A stretch of DNA of 63,969 bases, counting the filler, from Candidatus Rokuibacteriota bacterium (lineage in GTDB: Bacteria > JAUVQV01 > DATDCY01), in assembly GCA_031406795.1 (NCBI GenBank). It is 6 parts of 6 records of this genome, joined end to end, with 100 filler letters (N's around TTAATTAATTAA, not from the genome) between each part and the next. Parts side by side here need not be neighbours in the genome. Positions count along the whole stretch, not along the records: positions 16,836 to 45,383 come from JANOHV010000071.1; positions 45,484 to 61,740 come from JANOHV010000097.1; 4 more parts are not named here. One strand, 5' to 3'. Below, piece by piece: positions 42,901 through 50,808 of the stretch. The notes beneath the pieces are model-generated. The model searched no databases. It saw only the letters and a list, made by a program, of their open reading frames with translations, and was not told the DNA's origin. Made by a program: the position numbers and the translations under genes. Numbering within the stretch: the first letter of the stretch is position 1; every line of letters begins with the position of its first letter.

Positions 42901-43137
42901 GTCGTCTTCCGAGCCTGAAGTCCAGCTGCTGATGGCTGTGCCATATCTTACGGCTACGTCGGCGTTCCCTCCCATGCCCGCAATATAATTTTCACCGGCA
43001 ACCGTCAGCCGATGATGGGTACTTTCCTCACCGGTGGGGACACTCCACCAAGCATTGCTAATCTGTGGATCCAGCAACATGCTGAATGCTGCAGCTAACG
43101 CGAACCGTATGCCCTTGTTGAATATCATGTCGCGCAT
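36994..43137 (-). CDS. Giant secreted protein (2047 aa): Zn-dependent phospholipase C/S1-P1-like head + Fn3 + beta-helix + Ig-like repeats + PKD + F5/8C
   Basis: Signal peptide ending SNA-WW; STHH; AHLTEDMGVPAH; four ~105-aa NxxP...DxDGD...WxWR repeats; SYSWNWGDG (PKD); NLALNQPA..AVDG..W.S..WVQVDLG (discoidin). Alternative start 43128. Confidence 0.88.
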   Translation of the reverse strand: MRDMIFNKGIRFALAAAFSMLLDPQISNAWWSVPTGEESTHHRLTVAGENYIAGMGGNADVAVRYGTAISSWTSGSEDDERAHANDGKRNDGPIMQWWRYALEQYRYFKFSGPGDPLSTEKPGAYYYVALMAHLTEDMGVPAHAYNIPHGWTGARDNMEQIAHLFYPNINPQILFRDPIKEVGENYDKLNQFTLDNTAGDYSSWRGYYNNKGNCGYWYGEPDKRLLKGYYAETCGSSDRFHSTWPMTTNEQKETIRLLLGASEGYGAGALLAISRSLPPLVRNLTIPTISGLSLIIDPIHGSNITFKILENRTSAVRITIKAVEAGQQCDETVIIANGQAWNNVLYPLSGPSNSTDLPYEATITLNNWKGEISGGGRLPDGPYWLALEVTDLDGNEVNLTFGDLNHNGVWDINEDEISTGVPNTENDTWRGFVIDSTPPAKPTNPKVLGGNGKAQIAWTAPTNPNGTAIADLAGYWIYYAIGSNNPSRVWVAAPATSYELTPLTNDKIYFVWLTAQDEIGNESEPSATVTVKPLNALWVHESGGPSGSGTSIRDALAAANSGLIKTVMVGPGNYSEPQLTIGRHTIPYAPAAITLMSERGPAETTIDGQAGIQIDAADDSRIIGFTIRDASRQGTGIECFFDQGVLISNNILIANNIGVYVGGAMGQQGAPETYIGIYNNVFKGNVKGIDGSNSYTAQTRVFNNIFQDNDYAIDLFNVHVFNVQYNDFFRNLHGNGVLEEGTSDGENDVSHNFDCSPNFKDTSSSPPDYHLGQGSCARNAGASFAFTDPVTKADDRWQECDLTKSRVDLGAFGGPFAYVDNNGNQIPDCDELRGMPVAVTMLQNTVDYPILLTALSPHSAPAASSMAALLEAGTPPDLAFNIVSGPDHGTLSGIAPALAYSPAPGYSGEDAFSFTVSGEIGVSEPALVSIAVKASNALPVATDRTIRLRPNYSVAVLLQGTDADNDELTYSVDSEPSWGTLQCLMPPDCAFRPDPNLDGAVSFTYHVNDGLADSPPAIVHLIVADEPGIEVTSPAGMSPPTNATSFTITWAETTPEASGMISLYRDWDAQGFDGELIVSDMPAADPTNAYTWDTSALSDGTFYVYATIQDAGGTALAYAAGPLIIDRTAPSVSAAPRGGTYGAAQSVTLSADEPATIYATVDGSAPIPSSPSYGGPIVVSESLTLRWIAVDAAGNQSAEDSAAYVIDTVPPAVSIDPLSDPWRQAAATLMGSMEAGATVTLATDQPASFGQVSYPSSGTWACAVSGLTDGPVSFTATAMDGAGHTASASIGTTVVVGVNRAPTVPVLLAPRTQTQVQTLQPELAVENSVDPDGDALVCEYEVYADAGMQQLLLSSPSVPAGEAITSWTVGADLPDNAWHWWRARACDGRGGCSDWAEAASFFVNTANDPPAPFLVSAPQHGADVAALAPELAVTNSSDLDGDALSYSFLVYSDEGLTQHAASVTGLSAGAGGTTTWIADPPLSDNTWYFWKAVVSDAHGAATETGAAAFFVNLANEPPGTPQPSSPAEGEELAALAADLTVLNAADPEADPISYLFELDAVETFDGPAWRSSGWLGAGIGTTAWALADLADNTLYHWRVKASDGLVDSDWAKRAFFTNTANDAPSAVTPLNPGAESWADSVTPRLDVSSATDADRDAIAYVYEIYGDPPLMPLAQAQTPEAFWVCSESLPDNVWYTWRAAAIDEHGLAGPWSAPSRFFVNNNGIDDPPSITVTEPAADYALAGGSFEIRWVDADPDSNAAVSLYYDSDSAGEDGTPIANALAEDPDSGDNDAYAWDVSALPPGRYWVYAAITDGPTTRTSYSLGSVTIDSPPVASAGPDRMGTVGQVLSFSAGASTDPDGMIVSYSWNWGDGTIDGAGVSATHTYAVAGAYTVTLTVTDNLGAASTDTAAVAISAAPVNLALNQPARASSTQSGSSHTAAKAVDGSTATSWMSDKSSKAQWVQVDLGSSTSISKVKVFWPATYFARAFRIETSTSGTFWTTRYSTSSSNGSVTNANFATVSARFVRVYCTAPNGSPYYSVSELEVYK

Positions 43138-44525
43138 CGCCCCCCCCCCCCCACGCCTATCGCCGTTCGCCGCATCCCGGTCATTTCAAACACATATTTC
43201 TCGCGCTGCTCTAGCTGAATTTCGAACTCGCGGGTTTCCTCCGGCGTCAGATGGAGACGCTCAATAAATTCTCTCTTTTTCTGTTGCAGACGTATTTCCG
43301 CCTCACGTCTCTCCCCCGGAGTATATTTACCAGTTTCGATCACGATCTTTCCTCCCGCCAGCGAGTCCAGCGCCAAATCGCGTCTCTCTGCGGGCGTCAT
43401 CCAGTCGTATTTGGTCCCGGTAATGAGGTATAGGGCATCTGCTGCACCGGCCCTGGTATGTGCGTCCCCAACTTTCAGCAAATTATTGAGAGCCGGCACG
43501 GCTTCCTGGCAGCGCTTGACGCCAAGGGTGCCGATTGCCGCCTCGCGCAGCGCATCAAACTCATCCAACATTTTCAACAATATCGGGATCTGTCTCGGAT
43601 CATCCACCAACGGCATGGCACTAGAGGCGGCAGCCACTCTCCTTTGCCATTTGTTATCTTCCGCCAAGTCAAGAATGAAATCAGCATCTTCCGCATCAAC
43701 CAGTCTCACATATTCTCGGACGGCCTCATCTCGCACGAAATCGTCTTCGTGGTCGATCAATTCTTTGAGGTAGGGCTTGGCTTCCGGTATCCGGATATAC
43801 ATGATTTGTTTTGCCGCAAGCACCCATTGATCCTGCTTCCCGCGATCGCGAAAAATACTCATCATTTCCTTGACTTTGTCCAAACTCAAGGACTTTTCTA
43901 GATCTCGCTGCGAGAAGCCAGCCCTAACCTTCTTGACGGCCACGACCTTCGCGCCTTGTCCTCCGGCTTTCCTGGACAATTTGATGAACGTTACGGTTCC
44001 CTTCTGATCATAACCGACGATTATCCCCGCCCCCTCGCCACTGATTAGCTTCGCCAGGCCGTCTTGAAGGCTGAAGCTTTGAAACGATGTCGTGACTTTC
44101 CCCGTCAAGCCCTCTCCGATCTCGACCCGCGCATTGACCACCTGCCCGATCTTCGTCAGTACATCGGCAATGTCCGCGCCCTGCAGATCCGCCGAGAGCT
44201 TCCCGTCAGCGTAAGTTATCTTCGTCCTCGCCTCGAACCTGCTCCGGGAAGCTGCAGCCACAGGAGCCTTCTCTGCATAAAGTTTTCCTTTGGTACGATT
44301 TATTTTGTCTCTACTCACGGCGGGCACTATCCAGGATATTTCATGTTCGTTGAAAGCAGATCCCCGTGGCACGTTTTCAGTCGATGCAAGAGCCGAGGCG
44401 CTCCATTCAGGCATAAATAAACAGACAGATACTATTAGAATAATCGTGAAGAAATAATTGATCAATCCAAGAATTGAATTCTCTGTAAAACTATCCGCGA
44501 GCTTCATCTTCAGTGCACTATTCAC
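43125..44525 (-). CDS. Exported protein with STN/secretin-N-like domain and HEAT repeats (cassette partner B)
   Basis: RBS AGGAGG before GTG 44525; hydrophobic signal ending ASALA; GKLSADLQGADIADVL..IG...GKVTTSF..SLQDGL; HEAT repeats VRDEAV, LREAAIGTLG, TRAGAADAL. Confidence 0.85.
   Translation of the reverse strand: MNSALKMKLADSFTENSILGLINYFFTIILIVSVCLFMPEWSASALASTENVPRGSAFNEHEISWIVPAVSRDKINRTKGKLYAEKAPVAAASRSRFEARTKITYADGKLSADLQGADIADVLTKIGQVVNARVEIGEGLTGKVTTSFQSFSLQDGLAKLISGEGAGIIVGYDQKGTVTFIKLSRKAGGQGAKVVAVKKVRAGFSQRDLEKSLSLDKVKEMMSIFRDRGKQDQWVLAAKQIMYIRIPEAKPYLKELIDHEDDFVRDEAVREYVRLVDAEDADFILDLAEDNKWQRRVAAASSAMPLVDDPRQIPILLKMLDEFDALREAAIGTLGVKRCQEAVPALNNLLKVGDAHTRAGAADALYLITGTKYDWMTPAERRDLALDSLAGGKIVIETGKYTPGERREAEIRLQQKKREFIERLHLTPEETREFEIQLEQREKYVFEMTGMRRTAIGVGGGGRCAT
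43140..43152 (-). repeat. G13 homopolymer at the junction of the HEAT gene and the giant gene
   Basis: 13 consecutive C on the + strand, 2 nt from ATG 43137. Confidence 0.85.
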
Positions 44526-44572
44526 TGATCCTCCTATTTCAGCCCTCATCAGGCGACACGATAAATCCTGCG

Positions 44573-44869
44573 TCAACAGTTCGCTTCACCACAGCTGAGT
44601 TGTGTTTCGAAGTTGGCATGTGCTCTTGAATCATCAGTTGCACCGGAGGTCCAATCGCTGATATCGCCGCCAATCTTTCCTGCAAGATCAGGGTAGTTTT
44701 CTGCCAAGTTCGATATTTGTACTTCAGCGCCATCGGTCAATAAATGATGCGTGCTGCTCCCCAATACCCGGGCGCTCCACCAGGCGTGACTGCAATTTGC
44801 AGTCAACAACACGCCAACTGTTATAGCGACAGGAATTCCGCTCGCAATGCGCCATCTGTTTTTGGCCAT
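44573..44869 (-). pseudogene. Truncated paralog of the giant-protein N-terminus (signal peptide + first ~60 aa of the PLC-like head)
   Basis: SHA-WWSARVLGSSTHHLLT...ISDWTSGATDDSRAHAN aligns with SNA-WWSVPTGEESTHHRLT...ISSWTSGSEDDERAHAN, then a stop. Confidence 0.88.
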
Positions 44870-44888
44870 ATCTATTTCTCCCACATCG

Positions 44889-45383
44889 CTACTTCTTGTC
44901 TTGCTCGCTAGCCTTACGGATCCTTTCTAAGGACTCGTTCACCCTTTCATCAAAACTCTTCTTCTCCTCTGGGGTCATCCACTCGTATTTATTCCCCGTT
45001 ATGGAATACAATGTTTCCGCAGCCGTAGCCCTTGTATGGCCGTCTTGAACCTTCGGAATACGTTCCGTCAGCAGCTGTTCCAGATAGGGCACGGCTTCCC
45101 GGGATCGCTTGAAGCCAAGCGCACGAATTGCCGCATCACGGACCGAGACCTTTTCGTCCTTGAACATATCGATCAAGACTGGTATTTGTCTTGGGTCATC
45201 CACGAGTGTCATCGAAATGTACGCAGCAGCGCCTCTTGTTTCCCAACTCTTGTCGCGGGCCATTTCAGGGATGAAATCGGCATCTTCGACGTCGACCAAC
45301 ATTGCATATTCGTTCATCGCCTGATCCCGGACAAAATCATCTTCGTGCTGCATCAATTCCTTGAGATACGGCTTGGCCTCTGG
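44889..45383 (-). CDS. HEAT-repeat protein, paralog of 43125-44525 (cassette partner A), 5' truncated
   Basis: Shared blocks PEAKPYLKEL..HEDDFVRD, LVDDPRQIP, HTRA.AA..LY.ITG.KY.WMTP. Confidence 0.9.
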   Translation of the reverse strand, partial: PEAKPYLKELMQHEDDFVRDQAMNEYAMLVDVEDADFIPEMARDKSWETRGAAAYISMTLVDDPRQIPVLIDMFKDEKVSVRDAAIRALGFKRSREAVPYLEQLLTERIPKVQDGHTRATAAETLYSITGNKYEWMTPEEKKSFDERVNESLERIRKASEQDKK

Positions 45384-45483
45384 NNNNNNNNNNNNNNNNN
45401 NNNNNNNNNNNNNNNNNNNNNNNNNNNTTAATTAATTAANNNNNNNNNNNNNNNNNNNNNNNNNNNNNNNNNNNNNNNNNNNN
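45384..45483. other. Artificial contig linker
   Basis: N run containing TTAATTAATTAA. Confidence 0.99.
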
Positions 45484-45490
45484 CGGCCTA

Positions 45491-45589
45491 CCCGGGAGCG
45501 CGACCGTGGCTCGCGGTCTCGTAACTCGCCCTTCGGGCTCAAACAACGAGCCCGCGTCCCTTCGGGACCGCCCCGGTCACGCTCCCGGG
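45491..45589 (+). repeat. Branched palindromic element with two cUUCGg-capped hairpins
   Basis: Outer CCCGGGAGCGCGACCG / CGGTCACGCTCCCGGG; inner GCCCTTCGGGC and GTCCCTTCGGGAC. Confidence 0.65.
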
Positions 45590-45690
45590 CTTCACGGCGG
45601 CTCCGCGCATCTTCCCTGCGGGCGAACCCCAGCCCGCCTCGCAGTGACAGGTCACCGGCACCCCCACCGTTTGAGCAAAGGTGGAAGGCA

Positions 45691-45747
45691 ATGAACATCA
45701 ATCCGGTCAGCTGGTTCGAAATCTACGTTCAGGACATCGCACGGTGA
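45691..45747 (+). pseudogene. VOC/glyoxalase family N-terminal fragment
   Basis: MNINPVSWFEIYVQDIAR-stop, preceded by an RBS-like sequence. Confidence 0.7.
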
Positions 45748-45807
45748 TGTTTGGGGTTCCGGTTGACACAAAACTTGAATTTTACTTGACACACGATTAC
45801 ATACCCC

Positions 45808-45872
45808 ATGGCCTATATCCCACAATTCACTATCACCGCTCACCTGCGGATTCAAACCTTGCGAGGCTCCTG
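45808..45872 (+). pseudogene. Fic family N-terminal fragment
   Basis: MAYIPQFTITAHL-RIQTLRGS resembles Fic N-termini with an internal deletion; TTGACA just upstream. Confidence 0.5.
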
Positions 45873-45994
45873 CCCGGATTCCAAGATTGCAGAGAAAACA
45901 AGTTTGTAGCATTGTGTTCAGCAACATCGGCAGGAGGTGGCGGGAATGATCCCCGATGAACCTGTAGTGACAACAGGACCAGACGACGAGTCCC

Positions 45995-46118
45995 CCGCGC
46001 ACACCGATCTCGACCACCTGGCAGGCATCTGGAGCACGGAGGAAGCGCAAGCTTTCGAGCATCGCACGAAGCCTTTCGGTGTGGTGGAAGAGAAACTTTG
46101 GCGGTGATGCGGATTCTT
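45995..46118 (+). pseudogene. Antitoxin C-terminus plus first codons of a PIN/VapC-like toxin
   Basis: HTDLDHLAGIWSTEEAQAFE..F..VEEKLWR-stop overlapping ATG CGG ATT CTT (MRIL). Confidence 0.65.
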
Positions 46119-46209
46119 TCAGGCACCGCGTATATTCTGTGTCCTTTCGTCCGCACCGGTCGTTGCAGATAAGATTACAAGACAACATCGCAAGGGCTGT
46201 GGGGTAAAG

Positions 46210-46363
46210 ATGACATCGGCAACTATTAAACTCTTCCTTCCACGTGGCGATGCAAAAAGTCTCCAAACTGCCGAGATTTCTGATTGGACCGGAAAGGCCG
46301 TCGCTGCACCCCCGCACCGAAATTGACAAACTTCTTGCTCTCGAAGAACTCGACAAGGCCGGG
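46210..46363 (+). pseudogene. GIY-YIG/DUF4357-type nuclease N-terminal fragment, frameshifted
   Basis: MTSATIKLFLPRGDAKSLQTAEISDWTGKAVAAP / RTEIDKLLALEELDKAG, with the shift at a C5 run. Confidence 0.7.
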
Positions 46364-46537
46364 GCCGGCGACCTGCTGCTCTCGGCGCGGGCCGGGCAGC
46401 GCGGGTACTTCCGCCGGGAGGCGGTCGATCGACTCCTGACCGAACACCGCCGGTGCTCCGCCGACCACGGCTTGCGCCTCTGGGTGCTGCTCTTTCTCGA
46501 ACTCTGGTTCCGGGAGTTCGTCGATTCACCCAGTTAG
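46364..46537 (+). pseudogene. Asparagine synthase (glutamine-hydrolysing) C-terminal fragment
   Basis: DLLLSARA.QRGYFRREAVDRLLTEH....DHGLRLWVLLFLELWFREFVD. Confidence 0.75.
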
Positions 46538-46787
46538 CACGAACGAACCCAAACGCACCTTCCTGAATCTGAAGAGGAGCAAGCCAGCCGGAGGGGTGGC
46601 GCGGAGGGGAGGTCTCCATCGGCGGAGCGAAGTGAGCACGATGGAGGTCCGCAGCGACAGGACCCCGCAGGCGAGCAATTGTCTGGAGCTGTTCCCAGGG
46701 GAGTTCCTCCCAATTGACTTATTTCACAAAACCCTTTTTAATGTGAAGACTTGAACATGAAACTGCACGTGGAGGGTGACGGTCACC

Positions 46788-48644
<1,857 letters not shown>

Positions 48645-48705
48645 TGGGTTCCACCCCTGCCCGCGCGCCGGCGGAGGCGCGGGCTGTCCTGCGCGACCGG
48701 GAGCC

Positions 48706-48733
48706 GGCGATGACGAGGCGGCGATGACGAGGC
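48706..48733 (+). repeat. Perfect 14-bp tandem duplication spanning the folP start
   Basis: GGCGATGACGAGGC x2. Confidence 0.9.
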
Positions 48734-49584
48734 GACGGCAGAGTTTTTCACTGCGGCTCGGCGCGCGCGTCCTCGAACTCGGGGGGCGCACCGCGATCAT
48801 GGGCATCGTCAACGTCACACCGGATTCCTTCTCGGACGGCGGGACGTTCTTCGACCCGGCAGCCGCCGTCGAGCACGGCTTGCGGCTCGCCGGGGAGGGG
48901 GCGGACATCCTCGACGTCGGCGGAGAGTCGACGCGCCCCGGTTCGGCGCCGGTTTCCGAGCAGGAGGAGCTGCGCCGCGTGCTGCCGGTCGTGCAGCAAC
49001 TGTCCGCGCGCTCCGGCGTGCCGGTGAGCATCGACACGACCAAGGCCGCCGTCGCGGAGGCGGCGCTCGCCGCCGGGGCGACACTCGTCAACGATGTCTC
49101 GGGCCTGCGCCACGACCCGCGTCTCGGCGGCGTGGTCGCCCGCGCCGGCGCGGCGCTCGTCGTCATGCACATGCAGGGAACACCGGGCACGATGCAGCAG
49201 GCGCCGCATTACGACGATCTGCTCGGCGAGGTGATCGCCGAACTGGCCGCGGGGATCGGCCGGGCCGCGGCCGCCGGGGTCGCGCCCGAGAGAATCCTCG
49301 TGGACCCGGGGATCGGCTTCGGCAAGAGCTTCGAGCACAACCTGGAGCTGCTTGATCGCCTCGGCGAGCTCGGGGTGCTCGGTCGGGCGGTGCTCGTCGG
49401 GCCATCGCGCAAGGCCTTCATCGGTCGCCTGCTCGATCTGCCGGCCGCCGAGCGGGTCGAAGGCACCATCGCCGCCTGCTGTTGCGCCGCGGACCGCGGC
49501 GCTCACCTGGTGCGGGTCCACGATGTCGGCCCGGTGCGCCGGGCGCTGCTGGTGGCGGACGCGATCCGCGGGGGAGCGGCGTGA
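48724..49584 (+). CDS. folP: Dihydropteroate synthase
   Basis: [45 protein letters not shown]. Confidence 0.97.
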   Translation: MTRRRQSFSLRLGARVLELGGRTAIMGIVNVTPDSFSDGGTFFDPAAAVEHGLRLAGEGADILDVGGESTRPGSAPVSEQEELRRVLPVVQQLSARSGVPVSIDTTKAAVAEAALAAGATLVNDVSGLRHDPRLGGVVARAGAALVVMHMQGTPGTMQQAPHYDDLLGEVIAELAAGIGRAAAAGVAPERILVDPGIGFGKSFEHNLELLDRLGELGVLGRAVLVGPSRKAFIGRLLDLPAAERVEGTIAACCCAADRGAHLVRVHDVGPVRRALLVADAIRGGAA

Positions 49585-50360
49585 AACTGTTCGCCGAGCC
49601 GTTCCCCGAGCTGCGCTGGCAGGACGGTCTGGATATCCTGATCATGGCGGTCGTCTTCTACAACCTGATCCTGCTGCTGCGCGGGACGCGCGCCATCCAG
49701 ATGCTGATCGGGCTCGGTGTGTTGCTGGGCGTCTCCTTCGCGGCGGGACGCATCGGGTTGCACGCGGTGAACTGGGTGCTGCAGAACTTTCTCGGCGCCG
49801 TGGTGCTCGTCATCATCATCCTGTTCCAGCCCGAATTGCGCCGGGCCCTGGCGAACATGGGCCAGGCGCCGCTGCTGCGCTTCTTCGACCCGATCAAGGA
49901 GGAGCGGTTGCTGCAGGAGTGCGTCCGCGGCACGCAGGCGCTCGCGGCCAAGAGGATCGGCGCGCTCATCGCCCTGGAGCGCGAGACCGATCTGAAGTCC
50001 TACGTCGACGGCGGGGTCGGCTTCGACGCGCGCGTCTCGCGCGAGCTGATCTTCTCGATCTTCCTGCCGGCATCCCCGGTGCACGACGGCGCGGTGCTGA
50101 TCCAGGGCAACCGGCTCTCCCAGGCCGGGTGCTTCCTGCCGCTGTCGCAGAATCCGAACCTGGCCAAGGGTCTGGGCACGCGCCACCGGGCGGGGCTGGG
50201 GCTCTCCGAGGAGACCGATGCGGCCGTGATCATCGTCTCGGAGGAGACCGGCGCGGTCTCGCTGGCCGTCGGCGGCGAGCTGCGGTTCGACATCGACGCG
50301 GTGCAACTGCAGCGCGAACTCGAGGGCATCTTCCATGTGCGCCCCAAGGTGGCGGCGTGA
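49581..50360 (+). CDS. cdaA: Diadenylate cyclase CdaA
   Basis: Three TM helices, FQPELRRAL, HDGA, GTRHRA, VSEETG. Confidence 0.95.
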   Translation: MKLFAEPFPELRWQDGLDILIMAVVFYNLILLLRGTRAIQMLIGLGVLLGVSFAAGRIGLHAVNWVLQNFLGAVVLVIIILFQPELRRALANMGQAPLLRFFDPIKEERLLQECVRGTQALAAKRIGALIALERETDLKSYVDGGVGFDARVSRELIFSIFLPASPVHDGAVLIQGNRLSQAGCFLPLSQNPNLAKGLGTRHRAGLGLSEETDAAVIIVSEETGAVSLAVGGELRFDIDAVQLQRELEGIFHVRPKVAA

Positions 50361-50397
50361 GCCCGTCGGTGGCGGCGGTGAGCCCGTCGGTGGCGGC
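50357..50397 (+). repeat. 20-bp tandem duplication at the cdaA/cdaR junction
   Basis: GTGAGCCCGTCGGTGGCGGC x2, separated by one G. Confidence 0.9.
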
Positions 50398-50808
50398 ATG
50401 AGCCAGTCGCTGCGGCGGCTGGCGCGGCGCCTGCCGCTGATGGCGGGCTCCCTTCTCCTCGCCATCGGCTTCTGGTTCTTCGCGGTGGAGCGCGAGGAGG
50501 GGGAAGTCGGCTTGCTCGTGCCGCTGGTCTACGAGGGCTTTCCGACGCGGCTGGTGATCGACGGGGCGCCTCTCGAGTCGGTTTACATCCGGCTGCGCGG
50601 CCCGCGCCAGGCGGTCGAAAACATTGATCCGCAGCAGGTGCGGGTGCGCGTCGACCTCGCGGCGGCGCGGGCCGGCAACAACGTTCTGCCGCTGGCGGCG
50701 CCGATGGTCGTCGTGCCGCGCGGCGTCCAGGTGGTCGGCATCTCGCCGCCGGCCGTCAATCTCAGGTTCATCGCCCGCACGCGGGTCGAGGAGGGAGTCA
50801 GTCGATGA
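50398..50808 (+). CDS. cdaR: Short YbbR/CdaR-like protein (single domain)
   Basis: SLLLAIGFWFFA TM, VYIRLRGP, VRVDL, ISPPAV; follows cdaA. Confidence 0.8.
   Translation: MSQSLRRLARRLPLMAGSLLLAIGFWFFAVEREEGEVGLLVPLVYEGFPTRLVIDGAPLESVYIRLRGPRQAVENIDPQQVRVRVDLAAARAGNNVLPLAAPMVVVPRGVQVVGISPPAVNLRFIARTRVEEGVSR

Noticed and set aside
44526..44640. CTGATGA...GAAA hammerhead-like words and a possible attC at the stub/partner junction
   Set aside because: Flanking stems do not pair, and there are no proper RYYYAAC/GTTRRRY ends.
45833..46619. Track ORFs in the fragment region, including 46244-46537 as a real protein
   Set aside because: They are chance read-throughs of unrelated pseudogene pieces.
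46719..46750. TTCACA...TGTGAA upstream of ftsH as a Rex operator
   Set aside because: The half-sites are in the wrong order and spacing for TTGTGAA-N4-TTCACAA.
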